Source of the DNA: Thraustochytrium aureum
Taxonomy: Eukaryota
DNA: 20,000 bases
Assembly: GCA_012862495.1 (NCBI GenBank)
Contig: BLSG01000419.1
Span: 131,354 to 151,353, forward strand
Reading direction: 5' to 3'
The position numbers were made by a program, and so were the translations under genes. This document shows positions 1 through 10,037 of this stretch, in pieces; the first letter of the stretch is position 1, and each line of letters begins with the position of its first letter. A model generated the notes under the pieces. The model searched no databases and was not told where the DNA came from. It worked only from the letters and a program-made list of their open reading frames with translations.

Positions 1-529
1 CTGGCGCCGTATGCAGGTGTCCACCGGCGCTTGGGGGACTTTGAAGAAACGCAGCGTACGAGGCCGGAAAGATTCCTTTGGCACCGTCATCAAGACACCC
101 GTAGAACCACTCGTCGCCAGCCTTTGCCGAAACGGTGATGAATTCCCCCGCCGAGAAGCCAAGGTCGCCTTGCTCGACAGAGTCGAAAGAATACTTGGCG
201 CGAGCGATGCGTGGCTTGCTAAAGAACTGCAAGGAGTCGTACTGCTCCTGTGCGCCGGCGAGCTGGTCTCGGACGGCGGGCACACTGTCGTGGCCTTGGC
301 TACGCGCTCTGGGATCTGGCAGATGTTGCTCCCTGTTAGTTTGAGTTGGGCGCAGTCTCGCTGTCCTAGACGGCTTTCTCGCGTGGCGCCGAATGGCAGG
401 GCGTCGGAGGACCGCAGAGTGGTCCATCGCCGGTTTTAAGGCGCAGTCGGCGCTTGGCGTAGGGCCTGCAACGGGCTCCCGTGGGGTCGGGCGAGGAGGA
501 GGAGCCGGGGGCTGCCGTGCTGGGCCCAT
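1..529 (-). CDS. SH3-domain protein with Pro-rich N-terminus (3' end outside the window)
   Basis: Not in the ORF track because it runs off the edge. Manual translation from ATG 529 gives MGPARQPPAPPPPRPTP...ARAKYSFDSVEQGDLGFSAGEFITVSAKAGDEWFYGCLDDGAKGIFPASY, with all the SH3 hallmarks (A-x-Y-x-F, dL-x-F-x-x-Ge, W-x-x-G, G-x-F-P-x-x-Y). The frame is open up to 622, so the true start may lie further upstream. Confidence 0.8.
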   Translation of the reverse strand, partial: MGPARQPPAPPPRPTPREPVAGPTPSADCALKPAMDHSAVLRRPAIRRHARKPSRTARLRPTQTNREQHLPDPRARSQGHDSVPAVRDQLAGAQEQYDSLQFFSKPRIARAKYSFDSVEQGDLGFSAGEFITVSAKAGDEWFYGCLDDGAKGIFPASYAAFLQSPPSAGGHLHTAP

Positions 530-1929
530 TGCGGCAGCGATTCGTGCTTGGCTTGATTGATGGCCTCGGCTTTCTGATCGTGTCAACGCCGCGTCGTCGT
601 CCGGTTTTGGGTTTGGGCTGGCTCAAGCTCGAGCTCCGCTTGCTCTCGAGGAGTGAAGCGCGCTAGGGGACTCGTTCGCGCCAAGAATGCTCTTTTGGCG
701 GCAACTTGATTCGCGAGGGGCAGTGCTCCAGCCAGGGACAGCCAAACGGCACCGTTGGCTTGCGCTCTAGCAAGGTTCGGCTGTCTCGTGGCTCATGGGG
801 GCCGGCCGGATTTACTCTGGCCGGCTATGAGGAGAGATTCTGTCGTTTCCACGATTCGCCTTGCCGAAACGCCAAGGCGCTTGTTTGCTAAACGAACGAG
901 TGCCCGCCATTCGTCGCGCGTCCCACTGTGGGCGGCGCAACGACAGCAGAAGCATAGTCGTAGGCGCACGAGATGATTCCGAGAGAACAGGTCTGCTTGG
1001 ACGACACGAGCAAGCGCACTCGCTTTCTTAGCACCGGAGCCCTTGCCTGGAGCGGGTCGCTCGAGGCCGGCCGCAAGAGTGACCATTCTCCCTTGCTCTG
1101 CCAATGGAGGCGCCTGAAGAAGCCCTTGGCGGCGCCATCGAGACGACTGGGGTGGGAGGGATGTCCTCTGGCTCTCCCGGAATTGACTGTCACCAGGCGC
1201 ACATCACCTGGGGTCATGGTGAGGAAAGATCGAGTATGTCGCACGAGGCTCGAGAGGACCCCGAAAGCGCAGAGCAAAAGGCAGGTTCGGCCAACCTAAC
1301 GCAACGCTCGCTCGTCGAGAGCTAGAGCGGCACCTGTGCGTGCGCTTCTCACGCCCTCCGAGTCAACGGCCTGCAGGAGCCATTGCCTTGCTAAATTGAA
1401 AAAAAGTGTCCGTTGAACGGGTGCGTGATGTGCCTGCTTCGAGCACCTCGAGCAGAAGGTGAGTTTACTGAAATGCGAGCAGAAGCGCCACGCTACACAC
1501 GCACCCTGTTGCCCACTCAGTTGGACAGACGCGCGTTCGCTACTCAAACTGCTTTTGTGTAACGCTGGACCCAGGAGACAATGGTTGTGGCGTTTCCGAG
1601 CCGCGCCTTTTGGCTCCTGCAGACAGCGGAGCCTCGTGCCGCACGCGCATGCATATTCCCTGTCGCCACGAAAGGCCAAGCTCAAGCAACAAGTCAGGGG
1701 GATTTGAATCGCGGAGGCACCTCTGGCTGAAGTGGCTTTCCTCGCTGGTAGTGCCGCGAGCCACTCTCGGCATTCTCACCAGAGAAATTTGGCAGAAACG
1801 GAATTGGGAAACGGATCCGTGCCACTCTCACGCGATTGGCTGCGTAGAATGCAACCCACTAGGCAATCTCTGCAACGCGCTCGCCACGCCGAGGCGACGT
1901 GGCAGGCGACTGCGAGCGGCGCGGGCAAG

Positions 1930-3159
1930 ATGGTCGTCCGGTCTTGTCTCGAGCCGGCGTGGCCAGCCACGGGCTCTTGCTTCGGCTTCGGAAAGTGCAC
2001 GGAAGACAACACCACAGATCTGGCTGCGCGGTGCCAGTGCGAGATTGGGTGGACAAACGCGGGCGACATGAACGTGGCAGGGCTCGACTGCAGCACGCAC
2101 CTCGGCGCGACCCGTATCTTGTGGGGTATTAGCGCGTTGGTCTGGCTGCCTTTCTTCGCGGTTGCGTTGAGCAACGTGCGACTCGTCGTTGCAATCCACT
2201 GGCTGAAAAAGCACGGGGCACCCAGCGCAGCCAGCGTCAAGTCGAGGTACATCCCCGTCTTTGCTCTGATTGGCACAGCAGCGTACGAAACGCTCTGCGT
2301 CCGCAAAGTTTTCGACCCGCGAGCCAGCATTGGGCAGGACGTGGTCTGCACGCTGGGTTTTGCAACAGCATCGATTGGGTTTTGGAGCTGCGGCGTTGGC
2401 TTCGGGGAGAAGCTCATGCTGCTGATCATCAAGCAAAGCAACGCGCAGAGGGACACATTAATCATCCGTATCGTGGCGCTGTACCGGACCTGGTCTTGGT
2501 TGCTCCTCTTAGTTGCTATGTCAGCTGGCACCGTCGTGCCCGTGGCAATGCTCGCGAAACCGCACAATGCGGTTTGGGTGCACCGTCTTGGCCAGACGCA
2601 CCTGCTCGGAATGATGTTTGTGATCCAATCGTTCGGGGCGTTCTTCTATTTTGTCGTGACACGGTGTCTTGCGTGCCTCAAAGAAACGGAGGCTGCGCTG
2701 GGCAAGACCGACAGCTCGATGGATCTGTCGTTAAAGTTAGCGAAGCCCAGGAGTGGGCAGGGGCCGAAAGCGCCAACAACCCTGGCGAGTCTGGTGAAGC
2801 TGCGAAAGAGGCTGCAGTTTTTCCGACAGCAAGTCTTCCTTCAAGCGCTCGCGAACGGCTTGACAGCGCTTGGCTTTGGACTGTGGCCGTACCTCAACAT
2901 CAAAATGGGGTACAACCTGGTCACGATGTGGACCGGCGCCGCGATATTTGGATTGCTTGTGTCTCTGATTGAAAATTCGTACTTGCAACGCATTGTCAAA
3001 ACGGCGACGGACCAGTATAGTGCGCACAGGGCGCGCTCGCGTCAAACGCAGGGTGGGGAGGCTCGTAGCGAACCGCATGTGCACCCGATTGACGGAGAAG
3101 CGTCGTCGACGGAGTTTAAAGGCAGAACCACAATGCCTCTCGCCCAAAGTATGACGTGA
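1930..3159 (+). CDS. Orphan 7-transmembrane protein with N-terminal EGF-like Cys module (GPCR-like topology)
   Basis: Within ORF 1732..3159; ATG 1930 is the likely start. The six-Cys EGF-like pattern is C..C-FGFGK-C..C-Q-C-EIGW..DC. Seven hydrophobic segments follow, with a long basic loop between the 5th and 6th and a polar C-tail. Confidence 0.7.
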   Translation: MVVRSCLEPAWPATGSCFGFGKCTEDNTTDLAARCQCEIGWTNAGDMNVAGLDCSTHLGATRILWGISALVWLPFFAVALSNVRLVVAIHWLKKHGAPSAASVKSRYIPVFALIGTAAYETLCVRKVFDPRASIGQDVVCTLGFATASIGFWSCGVGFGEKLMLLIIKQSNAQRDTLIIRIVALYRTWSWLLLLVAMSAGTVVPVAMLAKPHNAVWVHRLGQTHLLGMMFVIQSFGAFFYFVVTRCLACLKETEAALGKTDSSMDLSLKLAKPRSGQGPKAPTTLASLVKLRKRLQFFRQQVFLQALANGLTALGFGLWPYLNIKMGYNLVTMWTGAAIFGLLVSLIENSYLQRIVKTATDQYSAHRARSRQTQGGEARSEPHVHPIDGEASSTEFKGRTTMPLAQSMT

Positions 3160-3294
3160 TTGCTGCGCGCGACTCCCAAGGCCCAAAACTCTCCAAGTAT
3201 TTTGTTTTCGTTTTCGGTTTTGTATTTGTGCACCCAGCCACCCACCCTAAGCCGCAGGCTTCCTGCAGACAAAGCTCAGCTGAAGGGGGGGGGC

Positions 3295-4837
3295 TCAATC
3301 CTCCTCCTCCAGCTCTTCCTCAATCTCCTTTGCCAGCTCTTCCTCGGACTTTTTCTCGTCCTCGTCAACCTGGTCGTGCTTGGCCTTGTGCGCATCAGGC
3401 GGGTACCGCATCGCTTTGACGGCGTCATTGTGCATGCTGAGACAAAATTGGATGCGCTTGTGGAACGCTTGCTGCGGCTCGTTGGTTGAGTAGATATCCA
3501 GCACATCGTTCGACATGAGCTGGCCCTTCTCGTGGTCGATTTTCGCGTCGATGACGCCGTCCCTGATGGACTTGGCGCACGCAAGCTCGGCGCTCTCAGG
3601 GCTGTCGAGCGCCAATCGCATGGCTACATCTTTGAACGAGATGCGGCTGTACGAGAGGTTGATGCGGCGCAGTCCCGTGCGGATCACCGAGTTGCGTAGG
3701 CGCACAACTAGCGTGGACACCTTGTCGCGGGCGAAGGCGGCCGCGTGGGCCTTGCAGACGTTGTCATACTCGGCAAGACTGCCGTTGCGAACGGCCTTGC
3801 AGAGCTCAAAGTAGGGCTGCAGAGGCACCGCCAGCTCGGGGTTGGAAAAGTACGTCCGCTCGGGCATGTCGCCCATGAGGAGCTGGACGATAGCGGCCAG
3901 CTTGTGCACCGTGATGCGAAACCCGAGAGCGGTGTGCTGTGGCGCCTTGCGCATGGCCTGCGTGAGGTTGGCGAAGGCGAGCGAGTAGTCGAGCTGGATT
4001 GCGTGGATGCGGCCCATGTAGTAGAGGTAGCGCACTTGCTGGTTGTTGGAGACGTTCTCGGGGAAGTGGGCTTTGCTGGCAAACTTTGCGGCCTGCTCGA
4101 TGAGGTTGGCCTCGCAAAAGCTGCGCAAGATGAGGTTGACCAGCGTGACTTGCAGAAACTCGCTCAGGCGCAGGCAGGCCGTGCGGTGCGCCGCAAGAAG
4201 CTCGGTGCGAAGCTCGGCCAGCTGGCCCTTGAGCTCGGCGCACCTCGCCTTGAAGTGGTACGCGCGCGCTAGCAGGATGTCGAGCGTGGGTCGAGCCACA
4301 TGGCTGGCTCCGACTTCCTCGATGAGACTCGACACGCTCTTCATTGCTGCGTCCACAAGCTTGCGCTCCAGCAGTGCATTCACTACAAACAGGTGCAGGT
4401 AGGCGAGCACCTCCGGGAGGGCCTCTGTTTTGCGCTCCATCTTGGCCAAATCGGCACGTTTCGTTGCGGCAGCCGCGGCAGCCTCAGCTGCGACCTCGGC
4501 GTCGCCCTCTTCGGCGTCGACCTCCCATCGCAGACCCGGATCCCTCGCGAGATGCGGCGTCCAGGTCGCTATGGAGCGCCGCGGCCACCGGGGACCGCGA
4601 CGGCACCCAAACGTCCATCACGGCCCGAAAGTCGTCGAGCCCCAGACGCTTGCGGATGAACGTGTGTTTGCGCAGCACGCGCTTCACCCCGGACTGGTCC
4701 TTGTTGGCAACGGAAGCCACCAGAAGCTGCACGTTGTCCATCAGGGCGTCCACTGGCCCGACGACCTTGACCTTTTCGGCCTTGGGCTTCTTCCCCTCGG
4801 CATTGGCCGCCACCGCAACATTCTCCTTCTTGCCCAT
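3295..4837 (-). CDS. RPN3: 26S proteasome non-ATPase regulatory subunit 3 (Rpn3/PSMD3), with one apparent frameshift at 4524-4526
   Basis: Motifs LPEVLAYLHL, FPENVSNNQQVRYLYYMGRIHAIQLDY, a PCI domain (RLRNSVIRTGLRRINLSYSRIS) and DIYSTNEPQQAFHKRIQFCLSMHNDAVKAMRYP are characteristic of Rpn3. The N-terminus MGKKENV... (ATG 4837) is in another frame. Removing one G gives ...GSGSAM-EVDAEEGDAEV... and joins the two parts. Confidence 0.95.
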
Positions 4838-5146
4838 TCTNNNNNNNNNNNNNNNNNNNNNNNNNNNNNNNNNNNNNNNNNNNNNNNNNNNNNNNNNNNN
4901 NNNNNNNNNNNNNNNNNNNNNNNNNNNNNNNNNNNNNNNNNNNNNNNNNNNNNNNNNNNNNNNNNNNNNNNNNNNNNNNNNNNNNNNNNNNNNNNNNNNN
5001 NNNNNNNNNNNNNNNNNNNNNNNNNNNNNNNNNNNNNNNNNNNNNNNNNNNNNNNNNNNNNNNNNNNNNNNNNNNNNNNNNNNNNNNNNNNNNNNNNTCG
5101 GGCCGCCGAGCNGGAAAGGCAGCAAGCCGCCCTGAGCAAGTCCGCA

Positions 5147-5258
5147 GCCGCTGCCGCTGCCGCTGCCGCTGCCGCTGCTCTTGCTGCTGCTGCTCCTGCT
5201 GCTCCTGCTGCTGCTCCTGCTGCTCCTGCTGCTGCTCCTGCTGCTCCTGCTGCTGCTG
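5147..5258. repeat. Compound microsatellite: (GCCGCT)x5 followed by a CTG/CTC triplet tract
   Basis: Directly visible; it generates the spurious poly-L, poly-A/P, poly-Q/E and poly-S ORFs in the track. Confidence 0.9.
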
Positions 5259-5556
5259 GTCAAAGGGCGTCTGGAGCCCCGCCGTTGCTGCTTCGAAGCT
5301 GTTCACTCTGCCCTGGATATCCATATTAAGATACTAAATTTCAATACTAAGATGGAAGCGTTGTATCCCTTGCTCGCATGAAATATATTAGAATTCAATA
5401 TTCGTCGAACCAAGTCAAACTATGCCATTCTCTTGACGAGTCAGGACTCACAGCGTCCAATACTGTTATTCAATACTAATAGCTCTGTGCGGCGCATTTG
5501 AATACGGAATGTCAAGACTATAGAGAATTCATTTTCAGACCAGACAGACTCCGACG

Positions 5557-5987
5557 ATGAGCGAGCTGCGGGCGGCGGGGATGGCGCTCGTGGCCGGCGG
5601 CGATGCTCGCGTCGTGGTGGACTTCGCGCCGGAGCTGGTCGAGGGCATATTGGCCGGCAGAAAACGGGCCACGACGCGCTGGAGGCCGCCTGCGATCCAG
5701 GGCGACTTGCCCGTCGATGCGCTGGCCACCTGCGCCGGAATGGTGTTTGCCAGGGTGAGGATCACCGCGCTGGCGCACGCGACGCTGATGCAGGTTCGCG
5801 CGGACGCTGACCTGGCGGCGGTGGAGGACTTGGAGTCGGGCGAGCAGCTGGTGCGCTTGCTCGAGTTCTTTACCCGGATATGCCGCGGGAGGAGAACGAG
5901 CTCGTGCACGTGTTCTACTTTGAGGTGCAGGAAGCGCTCGCCGAGCGCGGCGAGTTTGTGCCGCTGCCCGGGGACTGCGTGATTTAG
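5557..5987 (+). CDS. ASCH/PUA-like domain protein, YqfB-like (putative N4-acylcytidine amidohydrolase), with an apparent frameshift at 5869-5871
   Basis: DFAPELVEGILAGRKRATTR matches the ASCH G-x-K-x-x-T-x-R motif. Adding one T at the TTT run gives ...LLEFFYPDMPREENELVHVFYFEVQEALAERGEFVPLPGDCVI* (TAG 5985-5987), which restores the typical ASCH YP...v.v..F C-terminus. Confidence 0.85.
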
Positions 5988-6011
5988 GAGCGCGTGCGAT
6001 ACGAGGCGGGC

Positions 6012-6671
6012 TCACGCCGCCGCGAGGTCGTGCGCGGAGAAAAAAATCTCTCTTGCAAGTGCGTTGCTGCGCTCGATCTGCTCCTGGCGCTCCGCCTCAC
6101 GGAAGCGCCCCGCTTGTGCGCTGATGGAGGCCTGGAACGCGCTTCGTCTGCGGATCTCGCGGCGGAGGTAGCGCACCTTGGGTTGGTTGAGTTGGGCCGC
6201 GCGCACAGGCGGCTTGGAGAATGTGGCCGAGTAGGGCGCCGCGGTTGGCAAATCGCTTTGCCCACCATACGGGGCCCTCTTCGGCTGCTGGGCACGTTTG
6301 TGCTCCTCGACGCGGTTCATGCTAGTCCATATGTCCTGGGGGCCGTGGCGAGGCAGCTCTGCGCGACTCTCTGATCGACCCTTGCCGCACCGAATGGTCG
6401 CAAGATGGTGGGCTGCCAGCGCTTGACTCAGTCCGCGAGGCAGGCCTTCGCGCGAAGTTACGCGAGGGGCTGGATAGGGGCGTAGCGCTGGGGCTGGCGC
6501 TGAGGGCTGGATATCTTCCACTTTTGGAGCTGGAGGCGCCTTCTGCTGCTGCCGCGGCTTTGGTGGCCGGCTTGTCCGGGGGTGTCGTTTGGCGCGCCTC
6601 GGGCGCGGTCGTGCTCGTGCAACTCTGCCACTTGCAAATGGAGGATAGCAGAGAGGCCCCCGTTCGCGGCG
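6012..6671 (-). CDS. Possible hypothetical protein (Pro/Arg-rich, charged helical C-terminus); start undefined
   Basis: One minus frame is open from 6671 to the stop at 6012 and ends ...VRYLRREIRRRSAFQASISAQAGRFREAERQEQIERSNALAREIFFSAHDLAAA. No recognisable motif and no clear ATG start. Confidence 0.3.
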   Translation of the reverse strand, partial: RRERGPLCYPPFASGRVARARPRPRRAKRHPRTSRPPKPRQQQKAPPAPKVEDIQPSAPAPALRPYPAPRVTSREGLPRGLSQALAAHHLATIRCGKGRSESRAELPRHGPQDIWTSMNRVEEHKRAQQPKRAPYGGQSDLPTAAPYSATFSKPPVRAAQLNQPKVRYLRREIRRRSAFQASISAQAGRFREAERQEQIERSNALAREIFFSAHDLAAA

Positions 6672-7719
6672 TCATATTCTTGCAAGTGCTTGCTGAGCGC
6701 GTCCTCGCACGGGCTGGCCATTTGGTCGGGTTGCAGCACTGCGCTGCCGCGCAGCTTCCATCGCCAATAGCAGGTCTGCGTCTGCTTTGGCTTGCCGTTT
6801 GTGACGCGTCGCTGCGGCTGTCGCGGCCTGCTCTACGGCGCTCGCAGGAAGGCGCGGCGCGGGGCTCTAAATGCAGCGCAATTCCCAGCCGGTTTTCATT
6901 TGCCTCCATAATTCACACATCTGCTCTACTCATCAGTTGAGTGCTCTACAGTTCACAACATCTGGGTTTTAGGCCCGTTGGCGCGGCCTTTTCCACACGA
7001 AAAGCCCAGCCGGTCTGGTCTGGTCTGGTCTGTCTCTCTGTGAGGAAGAGCGGCACCGAGTTGGTCGTGTTGTGAGTCGGGCCATGGGCCGGCTGCGTTG
7101 CTTCCACCCTGCCGCATGCATGTCCGCGGCCTGAGCCAAAGCAGAGCCAAGCTGCTGTTCAGATGAACGAAAGCAGAAGCAGGTTGTTCTCCAGGAAAGG
7201 GCTGCTCGCCTCAGCTCGCCAACTTGCCAAACTCGGCCAGTCCCGTCATCCTGTCCAAAGTCCCCGCCAACGGATAGCTGGTGTCCGATCTGGTCGCGCC
7301 AGAGTGGTTCCGTCTGTGGGGTCGGTCAACCGTCCCAACTCGCAGGACGACGTTCTCTGCCCAGGTTGCTCGAGGCTTCCCGTGCAGGAGTCACTCTGTT
7401 CGAGTAGCATGACGACTTGTGAGAGCAAGCTTGCGTTGTCGGCGGTTTCTGAAAGGCGACCGAGCGGAAGCACCCAAGGCGGTCGGGCCGATCGATGTCC
7501 ACTCCAGGTGAAGGACGCGAACGTGCCGTTCTGTTCATGGAAAACGAGGGCAAACGGGGCCACGGCAATCTTTGGCCGAGCTGCATAGCACGCGGAGATC
7601 GAGCTTGTTTGCTGCACTAGCTCGACCCGGAGGTCCATCCGAACCGATGCATCCGGCTTGGCAGGCACGTCTGTGGCGCGAAATGGCCTGCACCGGTCCC
7701 TTGGGGCGCAGCTTTGAGC

Positions 7720-7752
7720 GGCCTGGCCTGGCCTGGCCTGGCCTGGCCTGGC
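7720..7752. repeat. (GGCCT)n pentanucleotide microsatellite
   Basis: About 6.5 perfect copies are visible. Confidence 0.9.
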
Positions 7753-8652
7753 TTTGCACACTGACCGACACCGTGCGTAAGGGCAAAAGCGAGAACAAGC
7801 AGACGGACCAACCAACCTCTGGCCACTTTCTTGCCAAAGTGTGGCAAATACCAAGCGCCTGGCCGGTCGAACAGAGTCACGCGCGCGCACATCACCATCA
7901 AGCTCCCGCATTCTCGCAGACCCCTGTACGTACGCGCCCGCTGCGACCAAGCAAAAGAGCGACGCGGCAACGCGGGTGAAACCAAGTGAAGAAGAGCTGG
8001 GCACGACCGCGACGCAACATCCAGCGCAGCATCGCAGCGACCAAAGACACGCACCAAAGAAATCAAACTCTCGTGTTGAAACGCGCCCCCCCCACCAAGC
8101 TGTGCGTCTGGCGCAAGAGCGCACCACGCAGCGCGCGTCCCGCTGTGGCCTGGGCAGCCAAGGCAGCTGTGGCCCCAACTTTGGACCGCCAGACGCAACG
8201 CAGAGCCGGCCGCCCAGCGCGTCGCTCGCGCCTTCCCGGCCCATAAAGGGATCGGCTCTCGCCGCGCTCTGCGCGGGGGTCGCAATCCTGGCGGCATTTC
8301 AGCGAGCGCGCAGCTCGAGTCTCAAGGCTCGGCTCGCGCGCGCGGTGAAGGCTGTGCTGACATTCCCGNNNNNNNNNNNNNNNNNNNNNNNNNNNNNNNN
8401 NNNNNNNNNNNNNNNNNNNNNNNNNNNNNNNNNNNNNNNNNNNNNNNNNNNNNNNNNNNNNNNNNNNNNNNNNNNNNNNNNNNNNNNNNNNNNNNNNNNN
8501 NNNNNNNNNNNNNNNNNNNNNNNNNNNNNNNNNNNNNNNNNNNNNNNNNNNNNNNNNNNNNNNNNNNNNNNNNNNNNNNNNNNNNNNNNNNNNNNNNNNN
8601 NNNNNNNNNNNNNNNNNNNNNNNNNNNNNNNNNNNNNNNNNNNNNNNNNNCT

Positions 8653-9006
8653 CCGCTCGGCCCTGGCAGGTACCAGGTCCACCTCGACATCTCGAGCGGG
8701 CTCGGGATGAGCCTCGGGTGGACCAAGGACCGCTCGATCGTCGTCGCGGGGTTCCTGGATCTCCCAAATGGCGACTGCGGGCCTGCGGAGATGTCTGGCC
8801 TCGTCGACCTCGACGACCAGCTGGTGCGCGTGAACGGCGTGAGCATCCTCGGCCGCCCCCTCCCCGACGTGTGCCAGCTGATGCGCGGTTCCAAGTCAGC
8901 CATCCTGCTCGAGTTCCAAAAGCCTTCCTCGCGGTGCCTCCCGAAGCGCTTCGGCGGGGCTTCGGCGCCAGTCGGCGCGCACGGCCAGGTCGCCAAAACC
9001 GCCTGA
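8653..9006 (+). CDS. PDZ-domain protein, C-terminal part (5' part in the gap 8369-8650 and possibly 7841-8368)
   Basis: The frame is open from the gap edge: PLGPGRYQVHLDISSGLGMSLGW...GPAEMSGLVDLDDQLVRVNGVSILGRPLPDVCQLMRGSKSAILLEFQ. It has a GLGF-like loop (GLGM), GPA...G, D-x-L-x-x-VNG and a final helix-strand, which fit the PDZ fold. Confidence 0.75.
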   Translation, partial: PLGPGRYQVHLDISSGLGMSLGWTKDRSIVVAGFLDLPNGDCGPAEMSGLVDLDDQLVRVNGVSILGRPLPDVCQLMRGSKSAILLEFQKPSSRCLPKRFGGASAPVGAHGQVAKTA

Positions 9007-10037
9007 CGAGCCATGCCAGAATCACGCGGTCGCGCGGCAATCAATCGTTCATCCTCGACCACATCCGGCAGCAGAAACGGGCCAACCTGGCCAAAAAAAC
9101 AGCGAACCAGCCATCAAGCCAGCCAGCCTGTTGGCGAGCCAGCGTGTGGGCCAGATCGAGCGCGCGCGGGCAGCGGAGTCGCATCCGCCATGAAGGCCTC
9201 CGGACATATCCGGACATAGGTAGAATACCCGTTAGCGGCCACAAAGTCCTCAAAGCAGTTTTAGCGGAGCCATCCCACACGTTTGCGCGACACTGCGCCC
9301 CCCAAGGATCCGCGTCGCGCGATAGACAGTGTCTCCGCTGCCTCGAGAGACGCCCGCGCCCGCGGGATGGGACTGCGACCCTGGGCGGCCGAGGCCGCGC
9401 AGCGCTGCGCCATCGCCCGATCGAGGCCATGGATGCACGAGCGGAACACAGCGGGGCTGACTCTAGCTAGAGCTTGCTGAGTAGAGCGCGACTTGACCGT
9501 CTTTACCGCAGGCCGAGCGCCTGAATCAAAACGCCCTTGCTTGCGATTGTTTGCCTGCGTCCTGTTCGCTTGGCGCACGATGTTGGCGCTGGTATTTGCC
9601 CAGGGCTTGCTTGCCTCCCGGTTTTTGGTTTGGTTGTGATGACGGCGGATGGGGCGCTTGCGATGTGGCGACAGCGTTCGCTGCGTGAATGCGCGGCGAT
9701 GCGAAGCCGATGGACCCAGCAAATGTGCCTGTTTGCGCGCGACAGCCTCACACAAGCCATGAATTGATTGATGCTACGACGAGGCCACTTCTACGAGCAA
9801 CGTGCACGCCGGGCCTCGTTGATCTGCGCGGCCTGCGGGAACGGGCTGGTCGTTCTAGTACATGCCGCGGCAGACACCCAACCCTCCGCGCTCCAGAGCG
9901 AGGCAGCTGACCAGGCGAGGGACGTTGGAAGCACCGGGAAGCTCTGGCAGCCTGGGAGCGAGTCCAGCGAGACCACACGGGAGCGCTGTGGGACGCAGGT
10001 TGTGTTGGTCCGTGGGACAGCGGGAACACAAGGAAAG

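Noticed and set aside
583..1104. Second possible in-frame TGA (793-795, minus strand, GRPP*ATRQP) upstream of the SH3 gene
   Set aside because: No Cys or redox context and no recognisable protein on either side. Joining it to the SH3 frame would also need a frameshift, and any SECIS would lie outside the window.
5098..5381. Poly-Q/E, poly-L and poly-S ORFs
   Set aside because: They are translations of a microsatellite next to a gap, with no other coding evidence.
6950..7700. Several 65-330 aa ORFs on both strands here and at 9013-9760
   Set aside because: No motifs, Arg/Ser/Pro-rich composition and interspersed microsatellites; likely intergenic or UTR.
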